Below are positions 23,544 through 40,673 of a DNA stretch of 64,000 nt, one piece after another. The notes under the pieces were generated by a model. That model did no database searches. It was not told the DNA's origin and saw only the letters and a program-made list of their open reading frames with translations. The position numbers were made by a program, and so were the translations under genes. Origin of the DNA: Marsupella aquatica (Eukaryota; Plantae; Marchantiophyta); the NCBI GenBank assembly GCA_973895155.1, contig OZ316896.1:2790001-2854000 (forward strand), written 5' to 3'. How positions within the stretch are numbered: position 1 is the first letter of the stretch; each line of letters begins with the position of its first letter.

Positions 23544-26500
23544 AGGAGCTTTCAAACAGAAGTGCATTCTGGACCTGAAGTATGTTGCGGTCTAGTCTAG
23601 AAGTCGATCTTGGTTGGTAGAAAAAACTGTTAGTAGTGGCTGATGTGCAAGTGAAGAAGCCAAGATAAGATGCAATTTGGCCCACCGTCTCCATTTCTTC
23701 AACATGCATGTGCATATCCAGGGGAGTTTGAGTTTCAATGTTACTACAAAGAATAATGGAAAGAATATAGGAAGAGATCGAGCCTCGAGCATTGAATACG
23801 ATATCACGGAAAGTAAACTCCATACTTACTCCGCTTTTCTCTATTGTGTTCGTTTTCGCGGTTCGTTTCTCTTTTTGAACATTGTCTTCGGAGGCTCTAC
23901 GGTACTAGGTTTTGGAATTATGAAACATCCAATGCACGGACCAACGCATGTCTGGACATTCAGCCGATCTGAAGCAAAAAGGTTGTACAGTGACTCGTTT
24001 GACCAGAAAAATCATTTTATAGGCACAAAAACGATCCGATTTGTCGATTCTCGTGATGACTAGGATCAGACCAGTCAAAGAATCTGAAGTCAATCGTGTT
24101 GACCTCTTGTAAGGGTACTGTATGGTTTAGAAACACTGTAATGGCAATGATTTCTCTCTCCATCGATACTCCACCGAGCATCTTTTAGAGTCTTTCAATC
24201 CTCCTGGTCAAAATAACTTCCAAAAATAGGCTGGAAGGCTACGTATGAATGTAGGGAGCTCTTGCAGACGTGGGTATATATATCCCGCTAAATGATCATT
24301 CTGCTCATATTTAGAAGGGAAAAAATTCCGGGAGCGGAAGGCCAGGCAGGTAAAGTGCTGGCCTGATCCGTACATTTTTGAGTCAGCAACCGGAAATTAC
24401 GAAGATTGGTCAAAGCTGGGAGGAGTGTGAGATGGTGTGGGCTGTGGACCTGTCCGAATCTTGTCCGAGAGACTTGCAATCGGTTTTCGTGGTGCGGTCT
24501 ACTCTTTCTGGGCAGATGTTTATCTCTTTGCCTTTCTTTTGGTGGTTGTCCACTCTCTTTAATTCCATTGTACTCTACTTTGTTTGTCCTTTTTGGAAAT
24601 TGGTCTTTTTTTCATTTTCGTGACGGATGATCGTGAATCAAGTTCGCCCTTCAAGGCAAGCAACGTGTAGCTCTCAGTTTCGTCAAAGAATGAATTAAGT
24701 AGGTTGTTACTCCGAAACTATGGTACAATACATTCCAATTGTTTAGGGTCACAATGAGTACAGCCATGCGAACAAAGTTTTAATATCATACAGTCATTTT
24801 GGTCTTAACTTGAGCTTCTTTCAATGCCAAATCAATAACAAAGGAGAAGGTTATCGGAAACGTCATTACTTGAGATGTCACAGAAATGTACGCATTCTAC
24901 AGTAGCCGACCAAGTAATGTAGACTGACTAACTTTTGAACTATCTTTGAAAATATGCTTGACACACAGACTGAGACTTTGATTCTGGAAAGTAGTGGTGA
25001 AAATCGAAACCCCCTCCTGTTATTAATTATGTGAGCTCGCAAGCTTGGAGGTGGGTGCCCCAGAATATGAAGGATCCTTTGCACTACATCTAGGACTTTT
25101 CATGGATGTACACATCACTATGGTGCGAATCAGATTTTCTGAAAGTCTTCTCCATGTTCTCTTTCAAATAATTGACTCTAGTTGCCTTTACAATGAATCA
25201 TTACGTACGTATATGGAAAAAATCGATTGCAATAAGTAAGCAAGTCCAGGAGAGGGAGGGATGGAGAACGAGAAGGTCTACAGAATGATTTAGTGGTATG
25301 TCATGCAGGTCAGTAACGGAACAGCATCTACCATTGCGGATGTGTTGACCGGAGACTGCTAGAGACATGTTTCCAAACTCGAACAGGAATCTTATTCCCT
25401 GAGAGTGCGAGACGCCGAACTCCCACAACCTTATCTGGGACAGAACTATCGGACCATTTGATCTACGTAACTTCCTGTCAGTGAGACTACTTCAATATAT
25501 ATTTCTGCTGAACCAATTTGGATACGTACGTGACCTGTGATACATTCTCTGAAACTTCCACCCAAATACTTGTTTCGAACGACCTGCTCCTGTACTCGAG
25601 GCATCGGCCATTGTCCCCGCCTTTGTCCAGGTCGCGAGAGGTTGCAACTAAGTAAGCTGCAATCGGACGAATCGCAGGGTCTTCTATGACTCCTATTCGA
25701 GAACCATCTCTAGAAAGACGGCGGAAGATAGAACTCTTAGGCCAATGAATGTACTGATTGTCTAGAAACTTGCTCTCAGTACAAAATTGCCACAGAAAAA
25801 GACGGTCCTTGTCAACGACTACCGCACCACTACCAGTGGATAGATTTCCAGAGAGAACCCCCTGGGTAGTTCAGTCAGTGGAATCACAGTAGAAGTTATC
25901 AGATCGTTCCGCCTTTCGTGCTTCATTTTTTGCGGATGTTGCATGCTTGAAGAATTGGCAAGTACACTCACTTCAGATATCTTTCCTACCAAGGTGCAAA
26001 CTCATGGAAGGACTGGGGAATTTCGTAGATGAGCTGTGACGCCTCCGATTGGGGAATGACTTGCCATGTACGTGAATGACTCAACTGGAGTCAACGTAAC
26101 GCATGAGAGTATGTGACATACATCTGACTGACACAGAATGAAATCTTACTTTCCGCACGGGTCAGGTACCGTACCTAAGAAACGAAGGATGTGCTTTAAT
26201 TCAACATCAATACTATTGAGCTTTAACTTTAAGCTCTGCTTTAGTTCTACTGGTTATCCGTAGGCTCCAGTTAGACTAAACAAGCATGACAACTTTTGCT
26301 TCTTTGTGTGGACACTTTCTCCACCATGTCTTGGATGGCAGTGTGGAATGCCGCACATACTTCCCTTTTACCACATAGTTGGCGTTGTGTCACCCTACTT
26401 TAGATGATCCCTTGAGAAACCAAAGACAAAGACGGGGGCGAGCGAAAATTAAGTCCAAAGAAACTAAGGACGTACAAATTCAGGAGTACTATCCCGTCCC

Positions 26501-26865
26501 CGAGTCATTTAGTGAAATTCAAGCGACCACAAACCCAGTACTGCACACAACAGGAAATTTTTGTAGAAACTGATCCTACATTCATATATGCCTTTACAAT
26601 GTCCAGAAAAGGATGTGATAACAATCACTGATAAAAAGCTACGTGATGTTACAGCGGAGTTATATTCTGAGCAAAGTGTGTATTACTTACAAACTAACCT
26701 GTGCAGTATCATCTTAATTTCCATTACTAGTGTACACCACGTCAGATTGATGTCGTGACTTGTACTTCTGACCTATATTCTATTGTTCATCTGATGTTAT
26801 GCATGTCCTAGGACGGAGTGATTGACATTTGATATCTATACCAATTTCAGTAGTCTCTGAGTAAC

Positions 26866-30732
<3,867 letters not shown>

Positions 30733-31549
30733 TCAAATATAACTCATGCCGCCCTTCGCATCAGACGTGGAGTGTCGATCGAATCGAAGTACGAACGCAA
30801 TGCGAAACGGACTTGTGGCAGATTTCTCGTTTCATCTCGCTTTTCATTTCTCTCCGCCGAACGAAGAAGACGAAGAAGACGAAGAAGACGTCCATGCACC
30901 GAAAAGAAACGAAAAGAACCGACGAAAAGAAATTATGAAAACGACGGCCGAGATAAAGATGGGCAACAGAAGCGAACGTTTGGAAAGAAAAAGCAGTGGA
31001 CGCTCCTCGGGCACCCACCGCCTGCCCGCGGGCAAAGAAAAACGAATGTGTGTGAAAGAAGCAAACCGAAGGAGTGGACGATAAGGTAATAATTCAGTGG
31101 TCTACAGTAATTACTTTAGGCAGAGTCGAGATAGTAAGGGGTGTTAAAGATGAACCCAACTATGGCTGTATGGATTGTGGTGGGCTATAGGGTTTTCTTT
31201 ATCATCTTTTAATAACATTGCCACCTTTGATCTTTCCGTTACATTGCGAGTGAAGATGTTTCAATTCACAATATTGTCATTTCTTTTTTATATTTATAAA
31301 TATAAATATGTCACAGTTTTGTACATGGTTATCTTGGTTGCCTTGGTGAGTTTGTACTCAGTATACAAAAGCAGTGGCAGTATAGCAAATACGGTAAAAA
31401 TAGTGACAATACTATCATTCAGACCATCTTTAGTGGCAAAGTAGTCAGAACATGTTTTCCTTATAGCAAACCAGTAAAGGTATAGTGGACACCTTTGACA
31501 GGCAAGGTGTAGTATTAGGTACATAGGATCCCAAAAAAATTTCAAAATA

Positions 31550-32685
31550 TCTACAACTATAATACTGCATCCCGCCTCTTTTCGTCCTTCGTCCCTTTAC
31601 GAAAATCAGAAATGGCGGGAAACAATCATGACCATCCATTGAATTGATTATTTATTTCCCACCATCAGATGCACACAAACCCATATCATTATCTCTTTTG
31701 TTTCACAATAATAGGTATAGTAACACTAATAGGCGTAGTAGCATGTTTAAGGTACACCTGCCAAAAGTACATGCACATAGGACAAAAGACACCTTACACA
31801 TGCCCACAGTACATGCACATGAGACTATTATACTTGAAAGTACCATGAATGTGTGTTGTACTAGAATGTACAACCAATTATTAGGCTCCCATAAAAATAT
31901 AATGTTATGCAATTGATGGGGAGAGTAGAAAGAAACTGCTAGGGAGCAAGAAAAGGGGAGGAGGAGAAATAAAAGAAAAACAAAAGAAATTAAAGATAAA
32001 AGTTAGGATAGGAACAAATATTAGAATGTGGGAAAAGATGATAAAGGGAGAAAAAAATTAATTTAGTGTTTTTAAACTTCCCAAACATTTAAAAAATATA
32101 CCTAAATATTTATAAATATAGTGTCAAAATGATGAGATTTTCACATCCAATGTGACAAAATTCTCTATAGTTTTTAATCATGAATGTCTTACAAAATTTT
32201 CCATATATAGTTTTAAGGTCTTACTTGGAAGCAAATCTCTTTCTCACATTGCCATCTTTATCTCACCTGAGCATCTTTTATCTACTCAACATCTTTTTCT
32301 TTACTCAAGGTCTTTTTTCACCTTGACATCTTTATCACATCACACCATCTTTTTCTCAGTGTTGAAATCTTTTCTCATCTCGCCATCTTTTTCTCACCTT
32401 GATATCTTCATCATATCTCAACATTTTTCCTTCACCCTTGTCATTTTTCTCTCTCCTTGACATCTTTTTTCAACTCAACGTCTTTAATTTCCTCATCTCG
32501 ATATCTTTTCTCACCTCAACATCTTTTGTGTAACACATAGACTCTTTTTTCTCCTTGATATCTTTTTCGCACCTTGATTTCTTTCCTTCACCTTGACATC
32601 TTTTGCTCTTATTAACATATTTTTTCACCTCGACATCCTTTCCTCACCTCAATATCTTTTGTGCAACGCACAGGCATGGGGCTAG
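31550..32685 (+). mobile_element. Complete non-autonomous Helitron
   Basis: 5' end A|TCTACAACTATAATA; 3' TGTGC-AAC-GCACA hairpin (32660-32672) followed by CTAG|T; A/T target with no TSD; internal degenerate CT-rich repeats at ~32230-32660. Confidence 0.8.
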
Positions 32686-33113
32686 TCAATGTATATTAAA
32701 ACATCTCAGCTTGAAGATTGGGTGTAGGTGTTGAGCAGGCTATACCAAGATAGTAATGGTATAGATAAAGGTATCGTAAAACTAATCTCATAAGAGCAAT
32801 TTCCAACCCAAAATGTGAACACAAACTCAAAATTGACCTCTCCTAAGAAAGGTCTCAATCCAATAAAGGCAAGTTGCCATGGACAAAGAGAATGAAAGTT
32901 ATTGTTACCTCTATACACGTCCCAAGCGAGCCCATGGAGAGACACATCTCCCCTACACCCTCCTCCAATGCTCACAATTTTTTGTTGCTCGTATTTTTGT
33001 AAAAGAGAGATAGAGAAAGGCGCCACACGTCCGCCCTTCCCAAACACATCAATGTTTTAAAACAATACCTGGCCTATACCTCCATACATGTGAAGTAAAG
33101 TTATAAAACCACT

Positions 33114-33457
33114 TGTTGAGCATAGACGACATTCACAACGGCAAGCCCATGAACCATCCAACGCACAATAGTCGACACAGAGAGATACGTGGTTCACCTC
33201 CACATGAGGCTACGTCCACGGGAACACACAAGAGCTTTACTGCACTCTAGGCCGACCGGCCATACCAAGCATCCACAGCACAAGCTCTCCCTATCTCTCA
33301 ACTAGCTCCGTAACAATGAGCCTAAGTTCCACCAGGGTCTGGCATCAGCCCTGGCTATATGCACAACAGCACTACCGCTAAACTTAGCTAGGTCCTAACC
33401 CAAGTTAGCCTAACTGTGGTTAGCACAAGAGTCACAAGACTAGAGCAATATCTTACA
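33114..33457 (-). repeat. 3' LTR of the copia element
   Basis: tgttgag...tcttaca; 5 mismatches to the other LTR by manual count; adjacent PPT aactccccct at 33458-33467 (AGGGGGAGTT on the - strand). Confidence 0.97.
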
Positions 33458-33664
33458 AACTCCCCCTTGACTCTTGTCTTGGGGACTGGACTAAATGCTA
33501 TCATATGGAATCCTCAGCGGGAAGTTCTAGACAATCACCAAACCAGGTCTCCCCCTAAAAACCACAAAGGTTAACTAAGGGTTAACTAGAACTAAGTCGT
33601 AGCCTAACAGGAATGAGTAATCCATATACAAATAGTCACACATTGCTAAATAACTCTACTTGCA

Positions 33665-36600
33665 CTACAACTGCAAAACCTGCAAAGTAGCACGGTGTCT
33701 TGAGAAACTCTCCAAAGGAATCACTTTGGTAAAGGCATCAGCGGGATTGAGCTTTCCATCAATCTTGACTAGCTCAAAAGTTTTATCAGACACTGTTTGC
33801 CTGATAAAATGGTACCTGATATCAATGTGCTTCACCCTGCTATCCATCACCTGGTTAGCAGCCAAGTGAAGAGCACTCTGACTATCACAGTTTAGAGTCA
33901 TTTTTCCATGCTCTAAACCCATCTCCGCGATCAACTTATCCAACCAAATTGCTTCCTTTGCAGCTTCTGCTGCTGCAACATACTCTGCTTCTGTAGTAGA
34001 CTGAGATATGCACTTCTGCAAGGTAGATTTCCAACTGATACATCCTCCTCCAAGAGTGTATACAAACCCAGTTGTAGATCTCCTTGTATCCAGACAGCCT
34101 CCATAGTCAGAATCTACATAGCCAACTAACGTTCTATTTGATCTGTTATCAAATAGTAATCCATAGTCCTGTGTTCCCTTCACATACCTGAGAATCCATT
34201 TCACAGCTTCCCAATGTACCTTCCCTGGATTTGACATGAATCTGCTAACCTTGCCCATCGCTAGGGCCAAGTCAGGCCTAGTACAAGTCATCAAATACAT
34301 CAGACTGCCTACTGCCTTCTCATAAGGAATCTTAGCCATCAGACCTTTCTCCACAGCATCCGTAGGAGAGAAAGCTGATGATAACTTGAAATGTGAAGCT
34401 AAAGGAATACTCACTGGCTTACAGTTCTCCATGTTGAATCGTGCAAGTACTTTCCTCGCATACTGGCCTTGACTCAAGCACAACTGTCCAGTCTCAGAGT
34501 TCCTAAAAATCTCCATCCCTAAGATCCTCTTGGCCTTACCAAGATCCTTCATCCTGAATTCAGCGCTCAATTTCGCCTTGAGACTCTCAACCTCAGATTG
34601 ATCTTTAGCCACAATTAGCATGTCATCCACATAGATCACCAGAATGATGAAACCAAATACATCATTCTTGATTGATTTTGTATACACACAAGGATCATAC
34701 ACCATCCTTGTAAAACCTTGAGCAAGCTTGAAATCATCAAACCGCTTGTTCCACTGTCTGAGAGACTGCTTCAATCCATACAAGGATTTGAGCAATCTGC
34801 AAACTAAGTTCTCTTGGCCCTTCTTCATAAAGCCTAGTGGCTGTCTCATGAAGATCATCTCTTCCAAGTTGTCATAGAGAAAAGCAGTAACAACATCCAT
34901 CTGATCCATCACCAGATTAAAAAACACAACAAGCTGACACAAGATCTGAATTGTGGAATACTTAGCCACCGGTGAAAAGATCTCATTGTAGTCCACTCCT
35001 TTCTCCTGAGTGAACCCCTTGGCAACAAGCCTTGCCTTGTAGATCTTATCTCCACCCTCTGAAGGACTGTCCTTCAACTTGTAAATCCACTTGCTGTCCA
35101 CCACTTGCTGACCTCTTGGAAGCTCCACCAGCTCCCATGTCTTGTTGTCACTCAAAGATTGCAACTCCCTCTGCATTGCTGCCTTCCACTCATGCTTATG
35201 CTCTGAAGCACAAGCCTCACTGTACGAAGAAGACTCTCCTTCTTCCAAGATCAAAGCCATATCATCATCATCAGGTGCAATGTCAATGTCATCTAGCTTA
35301 GATGAGTCTGCCCATTGACCATACCTGGTAGGAGCTCTAGTAGAACGACTGGAAGTTCTTCTAGTAGATGACTCAGGCTGATTTGCTGCTGCTGCTGGTT
35401 GAATTTGAGGTACCCTAGCAACAATCTGCTCCTCTTGTTCCATCACAGGAACCAGCTCCAAGCCCGGAGCTTCTCCACCTCTCCTGTCATGAACTGCATC
35501 ATGACTAATCTCCCCCTCAACCGGGTCCGGGATGGGAGATTTCCCCTTGTCAGTATGGGAGTCCTGAGAACTCTCCCCCTCCTTTGATGATCTGGACTCA
35601 TTAAAGGACACATCTCTACTGACAATTAGTTTACAGGTTATTGGATCCCATAACCTATAACCCTTCACACCTTTCTGATAGCCAAGGAAAATGCACTTCT
35701 TCGACTTGGACTCCAGCTTGGATCGAAGCTGGGAAGGTGTAAGCACATAAGCATCAGATCCAAAAATCCTCAGATGTGAGTAATCTGCTGGACGCCCGTA
35801 CCTCATTTCATATGGCGTCTTGAATCCAATAGAACTGGATGGAGAAAAACTTACCAAATAAGCTGTAGTGTTGACAGCTTCAGCCCAAAACTCATGTGGT
35901 AAGCATGATTGACTCAACATACTCCTCGAGCGGTCCAACAGTGTTCGGTTGAGTCTCTCAGAAACACCGTTCTGCTGAGGAGTATAACTTGTTGTGAGAT
36001 GGCGGGTTATCCCCTGCTCCTTACAATACGTTCCAAATTCCTTGGAACTGTATTCACCGCCATTATCCGATCGTAGATATCTCACCTTATTACCAGTCTG
36101 ATTCTCAACTTGGGCTTTCCACTCCTTAAAAGTGGCAAAAACATCAGACTTATTGTGTAGAAAATATATCCACACATACCTTGAGTAATCGTCTATGAAT
36201 GTGACATAGTATAATCGTCCAGAATGTGAGGGAGTAGGGGCTGGACCCCACACATCACTATGTACATACTCAAGTACCTCCTTGCTGGTGTGAGTTCCAA
36301 CTCCAAAGGGTTTCCTGTGCTGCTTCCCAAGCACACAATGCTCACAGAATTCCAACTTACAAGATTGCAAATTAGAAAGTAATCATTTCTTCTGAAGAAT
36401 AACCAAACCTTTTTCACTCATGTGGCCCAAACGGAAGTGTCACAGCCGGGCCGTCTCCTCATGAGATAAGGTTACATTGGCTTCATCACAAACTACACTG
36501 CCATCCAAAACGTATAGATTGTTATGTCTCTTTCCCTTCAATACAACTTTAGTACCAATTGAAACCTGAAGGACACCATTAGCAGAACTCCACTGATGGC

Positions 36601-37938
36601 CATTTGCTTCTAAAACTCCAAGTGAAATGAGATTTTTCATCATACTGGGAATATGTCTCACATTCCTCAACGTTCTTACAACACCATCAAACATCTGAAA
36701 TCTTACAGATCCAAGTCCAACAACTTGACATGGGATTCCATTTCCCATTAACACTGACCCGTTGGAAACCGTGTAAGAACTGAAAAATCTCTCCTAGAGC
36801 AAATGTGAAAAGTACAAGCACTATCTAGAATCCAATCATCACTACCTGGATTTGACACTACATTGAGAGCATAACCTTGGCATCACAATATGCCATCATC
36901 ATCGAGTAAATCTACCTCATGCGAGCTCGATGCCTCGTTAGCAGATGCAGTAGGGACCTTTACTCGACAATCCCTTTTCATGTGGCCAGGCTTGCCACAA
37001 TTCCAACATGCAAGAGGCTTCCTCTCTTGCGATTTCCCTCTGGATTTAGATCTCCCCCGTGATGTAGATCTAAACCTGTTCTGCCCATTCGTGCGTTGCG
37101 TTGCTCTGCCTCTGTTCACATTGAGCGCAGTGCCAGAAGAAGATGCTGTCTGTGATTGACCCAGCTTCTTCTGAGCATCATCAGACAGTAAAGAGCTTAC
37201 CACCTCATTATACGAAATGGACTTCAGATCTCTGTACAAGAGCACCTGTTTCAAGCCCTGATATGATGGCGGTAAGGAGCTTAGCAGAAGCAAGGCCTTA
37301 TCCTCATCTTCAACTCCTTTTCCCAGGTTTGACAGATCAACCGCTAGACTGTCAAACTCATCCAGGTGATCCTGCATCTTGCTCCCTTCCTTGAGCCTGA
37401 GGCTCATCAAGAGAGACTTCTTGTACAGTCGGTCTGACGCATCTTCCCGGTAATACTTCTCTCTTAGAGCCTTGAACAGTGACGCGCAATCCGCATAATC
37501 ATCCAACTGCTTGATGATGTGCGGCTTGAGATATAGCATCACTGCATTGACAGCAATCACCTGCTCCTGTCTCCATTGCCTCATTGAAATCTCCTCCTTT
37601 CCATCATATTGCTCTCGCGATGAAAGCAGATGAGCTAAGCTCATGGCCCGTAGAACACCTTTCACTTGTTTCTCCCAGAGCAAGTAATCAGTACGACCAT
37701 CGTACTTCTCCACCTCAAACTTCACTCCTCCAAATCTAGCCGTCTCCCTCTTCTTCCCTACTACCGACAGCTCTAGTAGTAACACAGCTTCCTCCACTGC
37801 ACGCCGCACCGGTGATCATACCGGTGTTATAAGTTCCTCCTCAAATGGTAGCAGCTCCTCCTCAGACTCTCCGTCTGACCGTCGCGATCCTGAAGCTCCA
37901 CCGACGCCAATTCTTCTAGTATCCTCCGAGTCACTCAT
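33665..37938 (-). pseudogene. Copia gag-pol polyprotein, disrupted
   Basis: Zinc knuckle CWNCGKPGHMKRDC, protease WILDSACTFHIC, integrase HSDVWG/RSDNGGEY/GVSERLNRTL, RT YVDDML, RNase H YVDSD/TEAEY; in-frame TGA at 37816, 36883, 36440 and 36383; 1-nt frameshift at ~36785. Confidence 0.95.
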
Positions 37939-39596
37939 ATGAAACAATCACAAAAAAACGTCTTTTTTCGAAACTTCTCATAAAACTCAAAACTCAACAC
38001 CGCCGCGTAGCCCACAAAGCTAGGAGTCCAATACTAAAATCCGAAATCAAAATCAAAATTCGACGGAAAAGTTATTCAAATTTCGGTCGAGGTGGGTAAA
38101 ACCTTGGGAAACTCCCCCGTTTTGACCACCTCGGAGAATAACCGAAATACCAAGTACAACCTGTCGTCGGAATTGTGATGTGATGGGTGCGCCGCGTTGC
38201 TAACTCCAGTGGCAACGTCCTCACCGAAAAAGAACCAAAAAAGTTATCGTTCGGCGGACGGAATCTTTGTTGGACGGCCAAAAAACAGCTCTCTATTTTT
38301 TGGGAATATTCCCGCACAGTCCGACAGGTCTCACAAGGGGCCATTCCCCCTGTCGGAGCAGTTAAAACGGAGGGCGGCAGGTCCCAGCACCAAGAGGAAA
38401 AACAAGAGGAAAGAAAAAAGCTTAAAAAAGGGCCTTAAGGGGGTCAAAACGCCCTTTATAACCTAAAATACAGGTATATTAAAAAAAAGGCGCCAAGGAG
38501 TATACGCGGATCGGGCCAGGCGAATACAAGGCATAAGGCCGGGGTACGGGGTTGCGAAGGGCATAAGGCGCCGGCTGCCAAAGGTCGCACGAAGGGGGTA
38601 CGTCGGGGTGGCAGGGCGCAGGCAGGGTCGCGGCTGGCGCCGGCGGGGCGCGAGCCGGTAAGGAGGGCACGGGGGTGCGCGAGGGCAGGGTCATTCCAAA
38701 GGAGTAAACGGGGCCTTAAGAGGGGGGGCGAGGTGTGAAAAAACACGCGAATAGCGCCGGCCGGCACTGCGTGAGGCGCCGGTGCGTTTGGAGTGCGGGG
38801 GGGGAACGAACGTGTATACGGTGGGGGTATACGGGTGTATGCACCTTGTGTGTGTGTATACACACACAAGAAAGTGCCCTAAACCCCCCCAAATGAGGCA
38901 AAAAACTTCCTTAAGTTAAACGGAGATAACTCACATCAAATGTCGTTGTTTGAAACGAGAAAAGTGAACGCCGCCGATGGAAAAAGTTACCGAATTTCAC
39001 CGGCACAGTCTGCTGCTCCAGCAGAGTAAATTATTGCCATCGCGTCGCCTTCACTCTGCGTCAGGTACCAATCCCGGGCTCAAAATGACCGCCTCGCCGC
39101 GATCAAACCGTTGAGCCGTGGCACTTCGTGTTTCTTCCACCGAGTCGGACGTCATGAAGAGAAACCCGGTTCAGATGAGAACAAGCTCCATAGCTTGTGA
39201 AAAACCTGAACGCCTCCTTCACTCGTCACGTCGCACTCGGTAACAACTCGGCAGCAATCCTGCTACCGAAACGACCAGCTCGCTTCAACCTTCAACTTGA
39301 GCTATAATGTGCGATCCCTCCCGCACCGCACAGCTCACTCCGTTGAAAAATGCGAACTCTGGTCTCTTCCCCGAAATACCGTCAAACACGAATAAACCCT
39401 GAACGACGCAAACTTCGATTCCTCTGCACCACGGATACCGATCAGCGAGTTCTAACCACCGTTAGAAAGCCCTCTCACTAACCTATCCGCTCAGCCACAC
39501 ACATTCAAGTTTCATGCGACGAAACTCTGAATGTACCATCGACAATGAACGCTGGAAAAACCTGTCACGAAAAAAACCTCGTCACCTCCCAGGCAT

Positions 39597-39608
39597 GCTC
39601 TGATACCA
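39597..39608 (-). promoter_or_regulatory. Primer-binding site for initiator tRNA-Met
   Basis: TGGTATCAGAGC on the - strand, 2 nt inside the 5' LTR. Confidence 0.95.
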
Positions 39609-39610
39609 CT

Positions 39611-39954
39611 TGTTGAGCATAGACGACATTCGCAACGGCAAGCCCATGAACCATCCAACGCACAATAGTCGACACAGAGAGATACGTGGTTCACCTCCAC
39701 ATGAGGCTACGTCCACGGGAACACACAAGAGCTTTACTGCACTCTAGGCCGACCGGCCATACCAAGCATCCACAGCACAAGCTCTCCCTATCTCTCAACT
39801 AGCTCCGTAACAATGAGCCTAAGTTCCACCAGGGTCTGGCATCAGCCCTGGCTATATGCACAACAGCACTACCACTAACCTTAGCTAGGTCCTAACCCGA
39901 GTTAGCCTAACTGTGGTTAGCACAAGAGTCACAAGACTAGAGCAATATCTAACA
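39611..39954 (-). repeat. 5' LTR of the copia element
   Basis: tgttgag...tctaaca, 344 bp, adjacent to the PBS. Confidence 0.97.
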
Positions 39955-40599
39955 ACCAGGTATAGCAAAATCTACACCTATGGGCAGGCATAAGAGGCCA
40001 GTATAGGACAAGCTGATACCAGTCAGGCAGAGTATTGTACAAAGTAAGGTCAAAATTGATACCTGCTACTCAGGCCAAGTATTGCAATACCTTACCTTTA
40101 CAGGTTGGCAATACCTTGCTGTGATAGACAATATACCTCTACAACTGCTACAGACATCTGTCCTAGGTTTGGATTAGATGCTAGCGAAAAGTTTGCAGGT
40201 CCCCCTAAGCCCTATCCTGCAAGAAGAGTGCTCTTTAGTGTGTCCATCTGGGTCTCCAGAACCAAGTAACCAACCTACCTTTGTGTATATGAAAACATTA
40301 GCGGGAACCCCTGCTACAATAATGCACCCTCAAGAGGGTTTAACATTTGTTTTACATCCTATAAAACATTGAAATTTGTCCAAGAGATATCCTTAGTAGA
40401 CCTCCATCTGTAAAAAGTTTGCTTAATCAACCCCCTCTATACTTTTCCCCAATCTGGACTGTTGATGGACCTTTCAATCTCAGATTTCGACCGTTGATAG
40501 ACCTCAGGGGGTCTATCAAGTAACAAGTTTCATTTTGGATCAAGCAAATACCTCAAGTTTGTACTCGCAATCAAAACCTCAAAAAACAAGTGGAAGGAC

Positions 40600-40673
40600 T
40601 GTCATCACCGGAATTCAATCCTTCTACCTCCTGGTTTGCAGCCGGACACCCTTACCACTAGGATATGAAGCGA
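40600..40673 (-). pseudogene. Degenerate tRNA gene, Cys(GCA)-like
   Basis: The - strand reads TCGCTTCATATCCTAGTGGTAAGGGTGTCCGGCTGCAAACCAGGAGGTAGAAGGATTGAATTCCGGTGATGACA: D-loop AGTGGTA, CT-GCA-AA loop, damaged T-loop and acceptor stem; T6 run about 14 nt downstream. Confidence 0.55.

Larger units (their letters stand above)
33114..39954 (-). mobile_element. Full-length Ty1/copia LTR retrotransposon, coding-disabled
   Basis: Two 344-bp TG..CA LTRs, PBS, PPT, and gag-PR-IN-RT-RNaseH domain order. Confidence 0.98.

Noticed and set aside
20743-23578. Duplicated ORFs (MIVLTVLLF..., ...TLDRFLTWMNK...) as a gene family
   Set aside because: They arise from the duplicated TE-like unit, have non-ATG or inconsistent starts and stops, and contain no domain
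23640-23720. Weak hairpin with an aagccaaga string faintly resembling miR169
   Set aside because: Short, bulged stem, and the match breaks down after 8 nt
24271-24288. Strong TATA-like gggtatatatatccc suggesting another gene in 23550-26400
   Set aside because: No credible ORF, splice pattern or hairpin on either side; transcript data would be needed
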